64,000 nt of DNA from contig OZ024740.1 of assembly GCA_964016885.1 (NCBI GenBank), positions 438,092,001-438,156,000 on the forward strand. The letters run 5' to 3'. This stretch comes from Eledone cirrhosa (Eukaryota). The notes under the pieces were generated by a model. It ran no database searches and was not told the origin of the DNA. It worked only from the letters and a program-made list of their open reading frames with translations. Shown in pieces: positions 12,620-26,880 of the stretch (the stretch's first letter is position 1; each line of letters starts with the position of its first letter). The position numbers and the translations under genes are program-made.

Positions 12620-12972
12620 ATGATAGCTGCCTCCTCTTTATCGAGTATGGCCATTGCACAAAATACCATTAATAATAATTATTAATTAACTCTATCGTAC
12701 ATTGACTGTGCGTGAAAATATTTTTTAAAGTGAGGAAAGACTGTGCACTGAACCAATCCCACTCTCTGAGTGCCATTAGCTATAACCTGAAAAGAAGAAA
12801 AGAACAACATCATTGGTAACTACTTAGCAGCAGGTTTTATATCGGAGTTATCCCAGTTTCCTTAGTTGCCTTCTCCTAGAAAAATGCCCTGACAAAGGCT
12901 AGGGGCCCTTCACTCCCAGTGGTTTAACTGCGCGATCTGGTATCCAGCCCGACTATTTCTATGTCCTCGCGC
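12620..12972 (-). mobile_element. RTE-derived non-autonomous element
   Basis: 3' end matches 18140-18180; 5' part matches 22585-22860. Confidence 0.6.
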
Positions 12973-13314
12973 ATATACATACACATGCACCCATGTATAT
13001 ACACATATACATATACATACATATGTACATGTGTATATACATATTTACACACATTTGGATGGCCGTTGACTCTTATGAGTTCTTCCGCCCTTTACATACA
13101 TATATACATGCATATATACATACAATACACACACATACATACACACATACATACATACACACATACATACATACGCACATACATACACACATACATACAC
13201 ATACATACATACAGATAGACATTCAAAAAGCATTCGATAAAAATCTATTTACATTCCAATGTAAAAGCTGTTGATAATTTCAAAAGTTTTGTTTCAACAT
13301 ATTTCACCGTGTCT

Positions 13315-13396
13315 GCTGTGGTGACCGAGTGGTTAAGGTGTTGCCCTTGAGATCCGATGGGCAATGCCCTCACAGGTTCGAATCCTCCCCGCAACG
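13315..13396 (+). pseudogene. tRNA-Ser(UGA)-like pseudogene
   Basis: CCGAGTGGTTAAGG A box, CT-TGA-GA loop, GGGC-AAT-GCCC variable arm, GGTTCGAATCC B box, T-run after; acceptor, anticodon and T stems carry mismatches. Confidence 0.75.
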
Positions 13397-13682
13397 GTTT
13401 TTTTTTCCTCTTTGCTTTGCTTGTATTTGTAATCTAATTACAAATATTCTAAGCCGGTATTTTGTTTTCGGATTCTATTGTTTCATACATACACACATAT
13501 ACACATGATTTTATATATGTATATATATGTATGTAAGCATACAAACGTATATACGTAGATATATACATGCATGTACATATACATACATATATACATACAT
13601 ATATATATATATGCATACATATATACATAATATATACATACATGCACATGTACACATACATACATACATACATACATACACT

Positions 13683-16600
13683 CAACGCGATCAGTCGAAT
13701 ATTTTGGCGTGGGAGACTATTTATTAAATTTAAGATAAATACTAACTCCGACAGATATCCGACTAAATACATAATTCATTTTAGAAGGATTTGCTACAAA
13801 CAGCATGGCTGAACACAACATCAACAAAAAAGTTAAGGAAGTATCGAAGACAAATAACAAGGAAGGTAATCAAACTTTATTCAGTTGTAGCTACAGAAGA
13901 AACCGAAATTATAAATCGCATTTCTCTTGGAGCTGCGAACTTAATAATGATTTATTTAATTGTTATAAAATGGCAAAAAACAATCCCTCCATTGGCTATA
14001 TGAATAGAATGAAGCTACACTGGGACGAAATGCACCCAGAGCTAAATTATTTCACAGCGAAACAATTACGCCAACAGGCGACGTTTGTTGAACGTAAAAA
14101 TAAGATAAATATTATTAATTGTAAGTCCCCCACAACAAACATGTTATCAACAACACGTGCTACAGGTCGCCATACTCCTAGACTTCCTAGCAGCCAGGTC
14201 GAACAGTACCTTGAAACAACTATGCCTGTAAGAAACTTGACACCACCTGTACCATCTAAGTCTACCTCGAATCCTGGGGAAAACACTATCGATAATAATA
14301 ATAATAATCGAATAAATGTGACACCACCTGTACGATCCGAGTCTACCTCGACTGTTGTGGAAAATACTATCGATAATGATAATCAAAAGTATAAACAATG
14401 GAAAATCTCCCCCAACGATATCTTTCAGAGAGAAATTAACTCATGTATAAATATCTCTCTGGCTGAACGTGTTAAAATGACAATGGTGAATAAAAAAATA
14501 AATAATGAAATACTACGTGTTATTGACGAAATAGGGGAGGAATATTTACGACGGATAAAAACCCCAACATTTTGGCAAATCAACGCCTGTTTATATGCCT
14601 TAGCAATGACAGTGAAGCATTATCTTGGTGATAACAGAGATATTAACAAGAACAAAATACCACCAAAAATACCATCATATATAACTAAAATAGAAAAAAA
14701 GAGTGCTGACATACGAAAAAACAGAGGATATGTGACAATGCTCCTTACATGCAAACAAACACAAAAAGCCTCACTCCTCACCAACAAAGAGTGAAAAATA
14801 AAATAGAGACGATGTTTGGTAACAGTAGAACCAGAACTCTCCTATATAAGCTGATCACCCTCAAACAAGAATTGAGAGCTGTTAGCTAAAAACGTCGATA
14901 CCTGAAGAAGGTAGATGAGAGAAAAGTGCTTAATAAAAGATTCAGACGAAACCAAACATCAGTCTATAGAGATATGAAGGGCAAAATAATAAGTGTCAGT
15001 GAGGCCCCACCCCAGAAAGACATAGATTCCTTTTGGAGAAAAATATGGGTTGAAAAGAAGAATTTCAACCAAGATGCAGTGTGGCTAAGGGAAATCCGAA
15101 AGAACTATTGCTCCTACACTACAACAAAAACATACGAAATAAGTGAGGGTACCCTTGAGACTGTGATAGGAAAACTCCAAGATAAGAAAACACCAGGAAG
15201 AGACATGATTGTCGGCTACTGGTACAAAATACTAATATTCTATCGGAGGTATCTTAGGGACCTCTACCAACAAGTTCTTAAGGGAGATACACTTATACCA
15301 GAATGGTTGACATTAGCACAAACGTTACTGGTCCTCAAGAACAAAGACACCCACTTGGCAAAAAACTACCGACTCATTGCATGCCAGAACCTGATGTATA
15401 AGATGTATACAGCCTGCCTGAACCTATTCCTCCAAGATCACTGAAAATAATAACATCATCACAGATGAACAAGCAGCTGGAAAGAAAGTGGTTTTGGGAT
15501 GTGCTGAACAACTCCTAATCAACAAAACTGCGATGTCAGATGTGCGACAACTTAGGAGGAATATGACTACATTCTGGCTGGACTACCGGAAAGCTTTCGA
15601 TTCTGTTCCCCACTCTTGGTTGATAGAGGCCCTCCAACTTGCTAAAGTCCCAGACATTATTGTCAGAGACATAGAGAGGCTGTCTTCTTCTTGGGCTACT
15701 ATCCTAAGGTTAAAAACAGAGAGGGAGGACTCTATTTTCACTGATAAAATAAAATATTGCAGGGGTATATTTCAGGGGGACAGTCTCTCTATGATATTGT
15801 TCATCTTGTCATTAAACTCCTTGTCCTTTCTGCTCAAGAAATGTGAGGGATACATCATTGGCTCACAGGAGGACAGAAATACGAACCTAACCCATAATTT
15901 CTTTGTGGACGATCTGAAACTCTATGCCAAGAACATGGATGGGATGAAGAAAAATCTTGACCTGGTTACAATGTTCTCAAAGGATATAGGAATGGAGTTT
16001 GGCCAAGATAAATGCTCATACATCACTGTAAAGCGGGGAAAAACAACAACGCAATCTAGCAACATTGCCATCAATGGCCTAACTGTTTCACCGATATCCA
16101 ATGAGGACTGCTACAGATACCTGGAGATAGATGAGAACATATCCTATAATGGTATCTATAATAAAGAACGCGTAACCAGTGAATACTACACCCGATTAAG
16201 AAAGATCTGGTCATCGAAACTCTCTGCGCAAAACAAAACAGTGGCTCACAATGTGTTTGCTGTGCCTGTCCTAACAACAACGTTTGGAATACTCAATTGG
16301 GCGATAGACGAAATCCGAGCAGTTGATGTTGGAACTCGAAAAACACTGAACAACACCGGAAACTTCCACATCAACAGTGACATAGACCGCCTTTACTTGA
16401 AACGTAAGCAGAGAGGCAGAGGCCTAACATCAGTCCAGACAACATTTGAATGTTGCATCATATCTCTCCGACAACATCTACGAACCTCGAAGCGTAGAAG
16501 CCCGTTTCTCGAGCAAGTCTATCTGCATGAAACAGATAAGATCATGAGAGTTGGGAAGGAACTCCTTGAGAGATATTCCCTGTGTGATAATCAAAAACTC

Positions 16601-17700
16601 ACACCCAGGGATGTCGCTCAGCAGTATCGCAGTGAATCCATGGATGAAAAACTGCATGCCTATCAGCAAAAAATCATGCATGGATATGTTGCCAGGAAGC
16701 TCCAGAGTGAGAGTAATATAGATAAGGAAAGTAGTCTATCTTGGACCAACAACCGCTATATTGGCTCCCACTTTGAAGGATACGCTTTTGCAATCCAGGA
16801 ACAGGAGATTAGCACGAAATACCTGATTCACAAAAGAGATAGGGATGCAGGCAAAACACCTAGATGTGATAACAAGTGCAGACTCTGCATAACTAACATC
16901 GAGGATATCACCCATTTCATCAGCAGCTATTCAAAGATGTCATCACGGTACTGTCTACCTATGAGGCATGATGTAGTGGCCAAAACACTATACAATGCAG
17001 TTCGTAAAAAATATAGCCCCGATAATAAACACATTAAAAGCTACAACAATGTGGAAGACATCCATGTACATAATATCAAAGAGTACTGGTGGAATGTTCC
17101 AGTAAAAACCCCAATAAAATGCAGGCATAACAGACCAGATATTATGATATGGGACAGGGAGAAGAAAACATGCACAGTTGTGGAAATTAGCTGCCGAGGT
17201 AGATGCCAATATAATATCAAAGATTAGTGAAAAGGAGAATATTTATGCAGAACTGATGAGAAATCTGCAGATACTCCACCCCGATTACACCTTCAGATGT
17301 ATGCCTGTGATTATTGGAGCACTGGGATATGTTAGTAACTGCCTCAATACAAATCCTGAGAAGCTAGGCTTCACAGGAACAGAAAGAACACAACTAGTTA
17401 GGAAATTACAAGTACAATCCATTAATGGAATAGTAAAAATATGTAAAACATTCCAAAAATTTTGCATCTAATAACTGCATATACACATGTACAGATACAA
17501 AGCATATACACATGCACACATACAACTCAAAACATACACATCCACACATACAATAACATCCATATCTACACATGCAGACATACATACATATCTACCTAGT
17601 TGATGTTGTGTAAATTCCAATGAGAGAGTCTTGTGTCTATGTTAGAAACCGACTCTCTCTCTATTGGTAAAACTTTGTGAAATTATAAAACCAGAAGATC
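13683..17700 (+). mobile_element. Near full-length R4/Dong-like RLE LINE, disrupted single ORF 13805-17471
   Basis: KTPGRD, NYRLIAC, LDYRKAFDSVPH, GIFQGDSLS, FVDDLKLY, CRLC knuckle, RHD, RPD, VEI; several stops and frameshifts. Confidence 0.95.
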
Positions 17701-17724
17701 ATACATACATACATACATACATAG

Positions 17725-18118
17725 ACAGTCAACGCAAATGTTGGCGTGGGAGACTATTTATTAAATTTAAGATGAATACTATCTCCGACAGTAATGTCAC
17801 AACTACAGTCATGTTGAATAACTGGTTATCCTTCTAACTATATCTTCTGAAGACACCTTTTATTCGAATTCGTAGAGATATCCGACTAAATACATAATTT
17901 ATTTTACAAGGATTTGCTACAAACAGCATGGCTGAACACAACGTCAACAAAAAAATTAAGGAAGTACCGAAGTCAAATAACAAGGAAGGTAATCAAACTT
18001 TATTCAGTTGTAGGTACAGAAGAAACCGAAATTATAAATCGCATTCCTCTTGGAGTTGCGAACTTAATAATGATTTATTTAATTGTTATAAAATGGCAAA
18101 AAACAATCCCTCCAGTGG
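17725..18118 (+). mobile_element. 5' fragment of a further copy of the same R4/Dong-like LINE
   Basis: Matches 13683-13995 with about 85 extra nt in the 5' UTR; (TACA)n on both sides. Confidence 0.9.
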
Positions 18119-18139
18119 CATACATACGTACATACATAT

Positions 18140-18229
18140 ATGATGGCTGCCCCCTCGTTATCGAGTATGGCCATTGCACGAAAAAAGAAATAACGACAAT
18201 AATAATAACAACAACAATAATAATAAAAA

Positions 18230-18287
<58 letters not shown>

Positions 18288-18695
18288 TATACATATCTAC
18301 ACACACACACACACACACTCCATAACAATTAACAGTGCTGCGATCGATGTGACTTTTAACCCAACCAATGATCTAAAATGTCTTGCACAGAGTTGGCACC
18401 GAAAACATTCCCTGGGAATAGCCGGCTGTGGTTGGAGTTCATGTACTTTTGCATGTCGTTTGAGCCCTCCTGCTGATTTACATTCTCTACCACATGCTGG
18501 GCAAGCATGATGAGTAGCATCTCCAACAGCAACCTGGTAGTCAACCACTGGTCTCACTTTATGACTGCGAAGATGACTTTCGGGTCCAGAATACTGAGGC
18601 AGAGTGTCCCACAGACGCTGCATGTCAGCGCCATAGGAGGACCTTCGCTGTCTGGAAATGCAACATTAATGCCCTTCCTCACATCCCTCTTTACT
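18140..18695 (-). mobile_element. RTE-like LINE 3' fragment with C2H2 zinc fingers
   Basis: CPACGRECKSAGGLKRHAKVH and CQLCARHF motifs; microsatellite-interrupted 3' end. Confidence 0.6.
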
Positions 18696-18696
18696 T

Positions 18697-21600
18697 TCTC
18701 ACCTTGGCCAAAATCTTGAACTCTGTGTTTAGCAGAGTTATGGGCCTGAAATTATCTATGTTATCCCCCTTGTTCGGATTCTTTCTCAGTAGAGCCACCG
18801 CTCCTCGGCTCACAGAGCTGGGAAATCTCCCGTTCTTTTGTCAGTTGCAGTAGACGTTCGTCAAGATGCCTCCGAACAAGTCTGGCATGTGTACGTAAAG
18901 TTCGTAGGGCAGACCATCCAAACCAGGTGATTTACCCCTTGTGCAGCCAGTCATTGCCTCCCGTACTTCAGCGGCTGTTATCGGCTTTTCGCAACACTCC
19001 GCCTCAGTGGCCGAGAGCCGCGGCAGTCCGTCTAGGTAGGCACTAAAGTCCATCCCTCGATCCGGCCCGCCGCTTCCCCCGAACAGCTGAGCGAAGTGTC
19101 GCTGAAAAGCTTCACACATTTGCCCGGGATTGAGTAGCATGCGCCCGTGGTGGTCCACCAAAGACCGGATGGTGGCTTTGTTGCCAAGAAGCGCCTCCGC
19201 CACTCGGGCCCATTGAACGGCAATCGTCCCCTCGTGTCTGAGAGCACGCACCCTAGCTCTGACAACGCAGCCTTCGTGCTTTGCATTGAAGAATTGGTCA
19301 AGGGCCAATTTCGCCGCAAGTACGTCGGTCGCGATGCCTTTACTAAGCTCCTCGTCTAATTTTCTAATTAGTTCTCCCTCTGCTCTATTTTTCTCTATTG
19401 CTAAAGCCTTACTAAATCTAATTGACTCTATTCTAATCGGTCTTTTGAGAGTAAACCACCATTTGTTGTTGACGATGGCCCCCGTCAACACCCGCTTAAC
19501 TAGTTCGCTAATCCGGTCTCTGTAGGCCGTGCGCGCTGTTAATGACGCGTTTTGCTTCCAGTAGCCGGGTCCTCGTCTATGAAGCCTATGTAAGTCAACC
19601 TCACAGATCACGAATTTCTGGTCCGTGTAGTCGACTATTTCGAAATGTGGACAGCCTATACTAGACCTATCTATTTCCCTACAAAATACCCTGGATGACC
19701 CGATGCATTTTGTCCATGTCTACATTGGCACATTCGGGAAATCCAGATGGTACATGTCAGACAGTTGAAACCGTCTGAGCAGGTTTGCGAGGCTTTTACA
19801 CACTCCTCCCCTATCCGCTAATCCCACACAGTCCCAGCGTGCATCTAAGATCCCGTTCCAGTCGCCCACTAACACTAAAGGGCGGGAGGTTTCAAGAAAG
19901 ATCTCCAAACGCCGGAAGAAATCAGGCCGCTCTGCTCCTGTCGGGGTATAGACGGCCACTAACCTGAACGCTTGCCCCTCTACGCTGGTCACGTCCAGCA
20001 CCACCAACTTACCTTCTGGGTCCGTATGGCGAGATCCAAACCTCTCCGAAAAAGCACAGCAACTCCTCCCCCGATCCAGGACGGCTGGTAGATGCGTACA
20101 TATCGTAGCCGTCGAAGATCGGTGCGAAGGCTCGTGCCTCGGAGATTCTGGTCTCGCTGATGGCCACCACATCTATGTTTAGGGACCTGAGGTCGTTGAG
20201 CAGGTGGCCCTGCTTCCATGACGCCCCCAAGCCACGTGCATTTATGCTGCCTATTCTGAGTGTGGTCATGTTGAAAAAGGAAAAAGATGGGAAAGACCAC
20301 TTACCTCACTTCTCGTAGAGGAAGGATGGTTACTCCATCCTTCTCACTGCTTGTGGCCTCCTCCGGAAGGATGTCCTTATAAATCTTCCTGGAGAGTGTT
20401 TGTCGGAAGTCTCCGATGTTCTTGGGGAATTTTTGCTTTAGAGTCGTGTACGTTTTCTGTGTGATGCGAGTGATTTGTATGTGTGGAGGTGGTGTGAATT
20501 TTTGGGGTGTTGTGTAGTCTTTTTCTGTGATGCTGGTATTGTGTTGGATGTAGTGTAATAATAGGTTGTTGTTCAAATTTAATGCTGTGCAGTGTGTATC
20601 GTTTTGGTTGTTTTGTGTTGTTTGCGTTTGTTGTGGGTTTGTTTCTGTTTCGCTTTTTGGTGATTTTTGTGGTGTTGGGGTTAATGATGGTGATGGTGTT
20701 GGTGTTTGTGGTGATGGGGCTGGTGATACTGGTGTGGGTGGTGGCATATCTGTCTTAACTTTTTTGTTTGTTTGATTATTTGTTTCCCCCTGCATTTTTT
20801 TTTGGAGGGCGAAGGAAGAGGCTTTTTTCTTTTTGGGGTTATCTTTTTCTTTTTCTTTTTCCTGATACCATTTGCCACTCCTCCTCATCGTCACAATGTG
20901 TCTCCAGCTGGGATAGGTCGGGGAGTGGAAAATCCTCCACAGGCGTTGGTTTCGGTTGTGGCGTGGTGGATGGTGGAGGCGCTGGTGCTAATTCTGGCGC
21001 GGTGGATGTTGGTGGTGGTGGTTTTGCTACTGTTGCTGTGGTTGTTGCTGCTACAGTTGCTTCTGTTGTTGCTGCTACATTTGTTGCCATTTCTGCTGCT
21101 GGTGGTTTTGATGGTTGAGTCACTGGGGTGGGTAGGAGATGTGGCCTCAACTTTTTAGACTGAGGGCAGTAAGCCTTTAGGTGAGTTCCTTCGCCACAAA
21201 CGACACACGTAGGCCTTCTACCCTCAACTATTACGGTGAGGTGGCTGCGGTCATTGAGGTCTATTACCTCTGGAATTTCCTCAATATTTTTATGGTCCGC
21301 TTGGATCAGGAGCTCCATCCCAAATCCGAACCAGTTCTCCTGCTTTTCCTTTGTTACCTCAATTATTTTCGTGTTGGCCTCGATGCCGGCGAGGACGGCA
21401 GCCATTAGCCAGGGAATTTCGATGGCCGGCGGAACGTGGGTCACCCTGATCTTCACAAGTCTCTGACCACAATAGCTTGGGACGAGTGTGAACTCGTCAT
21501 TTTTTAATGGGGCCATGGAGTGCTCTCTGGCTTCCTGCAGGGTTCCAAAGAACACGTCCATAGTTCCATATTTCTGCCCACGTTTGATGTGGGATTTTTT

Positions 21601-22430
21601 CTCCAAACATGTCCCAAAGCTTTTTGTATCTGAGACTCAGATGCGCGTTCCACTCGGCGTGATTTTGTGTTTATCGTCCTATATGACACAGTGCATATGT
21701 GCCAATGCTTCATTTTATTAGATGGGTGGGGGTGAGGCTGACCCTGTACCCATCGTGTTTTACCATTCTCTTGGCTTCATTTAATTCATCCTGGCTTACC
21801 TCGATTATTTCGCTTTTCTTGGCTGCTTTGGCAAACGACACATTTTGCTTTGCGCTGGTGCTGATGTTGTTGTTATTCTCATTGTTGTTGTTGTTGCCAT
21901 TGTTGTTATTGTTAGTTTTGTTATTGTTATTTTTAGTTTCAGTTGTGGTGGTGGTGGTGTCAGTGGTGTTCGGCGTGGAAGAGTCGATTCTGGGTGAATC
22001 CATTTCGATGTCACGAGATAATAATTTTTTTGTTTTTGCTTATGTTGTTGCTGTGGTGGTGGTGGGAGTGGCGGCTTTAACACCTGCAGTTATTGGTAAT
22101 GGCGGTAAATGAATGTCTGTATGTGACAAATTTAAATTATTACCACTGCTTATATTTTTAGTGTTGGCAACCGTAGTGATATTTACAATGGTGGTGTTGG
22201 TGTGATGTGTTAGTTTGTGAGGAAGGCTGGCAACTTTGTGTGGCTGAGAGCCGTCCATATTTTTTTTCAAAGAAAGGCCCCAAATTTTTAAGTGTCCTTT
22301 TCAGAAAGCAATATATGTGAACTTATAAACACTTAACAACAAAAATTTTCCATAACTGGCAATTTGAAACAACTGAAAACAACAAACCTTTGCGGAGATC
22401 ACGATAATACGATTTCCTACGTAGGTCGCC
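18697..22430 (-). mobile_element. Tx1/L1-clade LINE copy 1 (ORF1 with zinc knuckle; ORF2 APE endonuclease, broken early in RT)
   Basis: ORF1 CVVCGEGTHLKAYC; ORF2 SINARGL, ISET, LVGDWN, GKSPGLDGLPYE, NFRPITLLN; frameshifted. Confidence 0.93.
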
Positions 22431-22454
22431 AATAATAATAATAATAATAATAAT

Positions 22455-22541
22455 AATTGTTTCTAGTTTTGGCACAAGGCCAGCAATTACCCAGTACATT
22501 ACTGGTACTTTATTTTATCGACCCTGTAAGGATGAAAGGCA
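22455..22541 (-). mobile_element. SINE 3' fragment
   Basis: Matches SINE at 9943. Confidence 0.8.
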
Positions 22542-22584
22542 TAATAAAAACAACACTATTAATAATTATTAATTAATGCAATCG

Positions 22585-22860
22585 AGGCAATGCCTGTGCG
22601 TGACGAATATTTTTAAAGTGAGGAAAGACTGTGCACTGAGCCAATCCCGCTCTCTGAGCGACAGTAGCTATAACCCAAAAAGAAGAAAAGATCAACATCA
22701 TCCGTAACTACTGCCCGCAGGTTTTATGTCGGAGTTAATTCAGTTTCCTGAGATGCATTCTCCTAGAAGAATGCCCTGACAAGGGCTAGGGGTTCTTCAC
22801 TCCCAGTGGTTTAACTGCGCGATCGGGTATCCAGCCCGACTATTTCTATATCCCCGCGCA
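22585..22860 (-). mobile_element. RTE-derived 5' segment
   Basis: Highly similar to 12700-12972. Confidence 0.6.
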
Positions 22861-23224
22861 TAAAAAACAAAAAAAAATCACTTATTGACACTTATACGTA
22901 CGACATACACACACGCGCACACACACATACATACGCACGCACACACCAACACTCATACATACAAACAAACACACACGCTACTCACTTACACACACACACA
23001 TATATATATATATATGATCGTTGGCAAATCACTGATGAGGGACTCATTTTATAGCATGTTATCCATGTGCAACCTGCAGTATTCTTCTCCCCATTTTTTC
23101 ACATATATATATATTACCGTCATTACTGATACAAGATTACAAGATTATGTCAACTGTTGACTTTCAAAAGAGTTGGTATAGTTGAAGACGTTCGTGTTAC
23201 CGTTCAGTATTATTATAATTGCAT

Positions 23225-23570
23225 GGATTGGCAGTATCGGTAGAGGGTCGGACGCCATGCTTTGACGCGTAGAGTTACGGCCCTTGCCATTCTGAGTTCA
23301 AATCCCGCCGAGGTTAACTTTGCCTTTCATCCTTACAGGGTCGATAAAATAAAGTACCAGTAATACACTGGTGTTATTGCTGGCCTTGTGCCAAAAGTAG
23401 AAACAATTATTATAATTGCTTTACAGCATAGAGCTATGGCCTTAAACGCTCCGAGCTCAAATCCCGCCAAGGTCTGCCTTGCCTTTCATCCCCACGGAGT
23501 CAACAAAAGAGAGCACCAGCAATGCGCTGGAACAATCACTGGCTCCGTGCCGAAAGCAGAAAAATTATTA
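23225..23570 (+). mobile_element. Two tandem SINE copies
   Basis: Same family consensus; second copy truncated and diverged. Confidence 0.8.
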
Positions 23571-24099
23571 TTATTAAAGTTGTTGTTTTCTTAAGGTCCG
23601 GTCGCGGGTGGTGGTGATTGTGGTGGTGGTGGTGGTGGTGGTGGCAGTTGATGTTGTGTTGTGTGTGTTTAGTTATTGTCTTTTTTGTTTTTTCTAATCG
23701 TTAGATGCCGCTGTTGTTGTAAATGTTGATTTCAATTCAATGTGAAGCTGTTGTTGCTGTAAACATTAGAGCCGGTGTTGTTGTTGTAGATGTTGGGGTT
23801 GAAATCTGGTCGTTTGACTGAGTGATGTATATACACACATATACATATATATATATATATATAAATGAAAAATACATATATATATATATATATACACATA
23901 CACATTCAACACAGAGTAGAGAGTTTGACAACAGATCGGTGAAATTAGTCAACAAGGGTAATGACATTGGTAAAGGTAAATGTGGTGGTGGGGAGAGAGT
24001 GTAGACGTTATTGTGGTGGCAGGGGGAGGGGGGGGCAGTGAGATGTATCTTAGTTCATTAGGCAAAATTTGAATTTTAGCCATGTAAAGAGTAGGCTGG

Positions 24100-25905
24100 A
24101 GGGACAACAGCAGCAGTGTGAGACAACAGCAGCAGTGAGAGGTGACAATAGCAGCAGTGAGACGCAACAGCAACAGTGGGAGACAACAGCAGCATTGGGA
24201 GACAACAGCAGCATTGGGAGACAACAGCAGCAGTGAGAGACAACAGCAGCAGTGAGAGATGACAACAGCAGCAGTGAGAGACAACAGCAGCAGTGAGAGA
24301 CAACAGCAGCATTGGGAGACAACAGCAGCAGTGAGAGACAACAGCAGCAGTGAGAGGTGACAACAGCAGCAGTGAGAGGTGAAAACAGTAGCAGTGATAG
24401 ACAACAGCAGCAGTGAGAGGTAACAGGGGCAGTGAGAGACAACAGCAGCAGTGGGAGTTGACAACAGCAGCGGTGAGAGACAGCAGCAGAAGTGAGAGAA
24501 AACAGCAGCAATGAGAGGTAACAACAGCAGCAGTGAGAAACAATAGCAGCAATGGGAGGTGACAACAGCAGCATTCTGAGACAACAGCAGCAGTCAGAGT
24601 TGACAACAGCAGCAGTGAGAGGTAACAGAAGCAGTGAGAGACAACAGCAGCAGTGAGAGGTAACAGCAGCAGTGAGAGACAACAGCAGCAGTGAGAGGTG
24701 ACAACAGTAGTAGTGAGAGACAACAGCAGCAGCGAGATGTGACACAGCAGCAGTGAGAGACAAAAGCAACAGTGAGAGACAACAGCAACAGTGAGAGACA
24801 ACAGCAGCAGTGAGAGGTGACAACAGTAGTAGTGAGAGACAACAGCAGCAGCGAGAGGTGACAACAGTAGTAGTGAGAGACAACAGCAGCAGTGAGAGGA
24901 GACAGCAGCAGTGAGAGACAAAAGCAACAGTGAGAGACAACAGCAACAGTGAGAGACAATAGCAGCAGTGGGAGGTAACAACAGCAGCAGTGAGAGGAGA
25001 CAGCAGCAGTGAGAGACAACAGCAGCAGTGGGAGGTAACAACAGCAGCAGCAGTGAGAGGAGACAGCAGCAGTGAGAGACAACAGCAGCAGTGAGAGGAG
25101 ACAGCAGCAGTGAGAGACAACAGCAGCAGTGAGAGACAACAGCAGCAGTGAGAGACAACAGCAGCAGTGAGAGGTAACAGCAGCAGTGAGAGACAACAGC
25201 AGCAGTGGGAGGTAACAACAGCAGCAGCAGTGAGAGGAGACAGCAGCAGTGAGAGACAACAGCAGCAGTGAGAGACAACAGCAGCAGTGAGAGACAACAG
25301 CAGCAGTGAGAGACAACAGCAGCAGTGAGAGACAACAGCAGCAGTGAGAGACAACAGCAGCAGTGAGAGACAACAGCAGCAGTGAGAGACAACAGCAGCA
25401 GTGGGAGGTAACAACAGCCACAGTGAGAGGTGACAGCAGCACCAGTGAGAGACAACAGCAGCAGTTAGAGACAACAGCAGCAGTGAGAGTCAACTGGAGC
25501 AGTGGGAGGTAACAACAGCAGCAGTGAGAGGTGACAGCTGCAGGAGTGAGTGACAACTGCAGCAGTAAGAGACAGCAGCAGTAGTGAGAGACAACAGCAG
25601 CAGTGAGAGACACAGCAGTAGTGAGAGGTGACAACAGCAGCAGTGGGAGGTGATAACAGCAGTGAGAGAGAACAGCAGCAGTGAAAGGTGTCAACAGCAG
25701 TAGTGGGAGGTGAGAACAGCAGTGAGAGACACCAGCAGCAATGAGATGTAACAACAGCAGCAGTGACAGGTGACAGCAGCAGTGAGAGACAACAGCAGCA
25801 GTGAGAGGTGACAACAGCAGCAGTGAGAGGTGACAACAGCAGCAGTGAGAGACAACAGCAGCAGTGAGAGACAACAGCAGCAGTGAGAAACAACAGCAGC
25901 AGTGA
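24100..25905. repeat. 19/22-bp minisatellite (GAGACAACAGCAGCAGTGA)
   Basis: Tens of tandem units; generates Cys/Leu-rich ORFs in all three minus frames. Confidence 0.95.
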
Positions 25906-26227
25906 CATAATAAATCAGTTAGATTAAACGGCATCAAAAGTAGCAGATGTAGTAGGAAGAGTAACAACAACAGTAACAACAACAGTAGCAACAACAACAT
26001 CAACAGCAGCAGTAACAACAAACACCACAGCAACATTTGCAGTAACAGCAGTAACAGCTGCAGTAGCGACAAGAATGGTAAGATGTCGTTGCGTCGTTGC
26101 CAATGGTTAAATAATTCTCTCGCCATTACAACAGTGTTGTCCATTATGTCGGTTAGGGGTGAACCTAGAAGAAAATATAACCTCGCACAACACCTCATGC
26201 CACCACAGCTATATATGTATATATATG

Positions 26228-26757
<530 letters not shown>

Positions 26758-26880
26758 ATATATATATATATAAATATTATATATATATATATATTATATA
26801 TATATTTATATATCTATATATATATGTATATATATATATATATATATATACATATTATATATATAAATATATATATATAT

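Noticed and set aside
18297-18623. Host C2H2 zinc-finger gene
   Set aside because: Short, no exon context, sits at a repeat 3' end shared with 12620 and 10562; more likely an RTE C-terminus.
24100-25905. CRISPR-like periodicity
   Set aside because: Tandem units without unique spacers; eukaryotic context, no cas genes.
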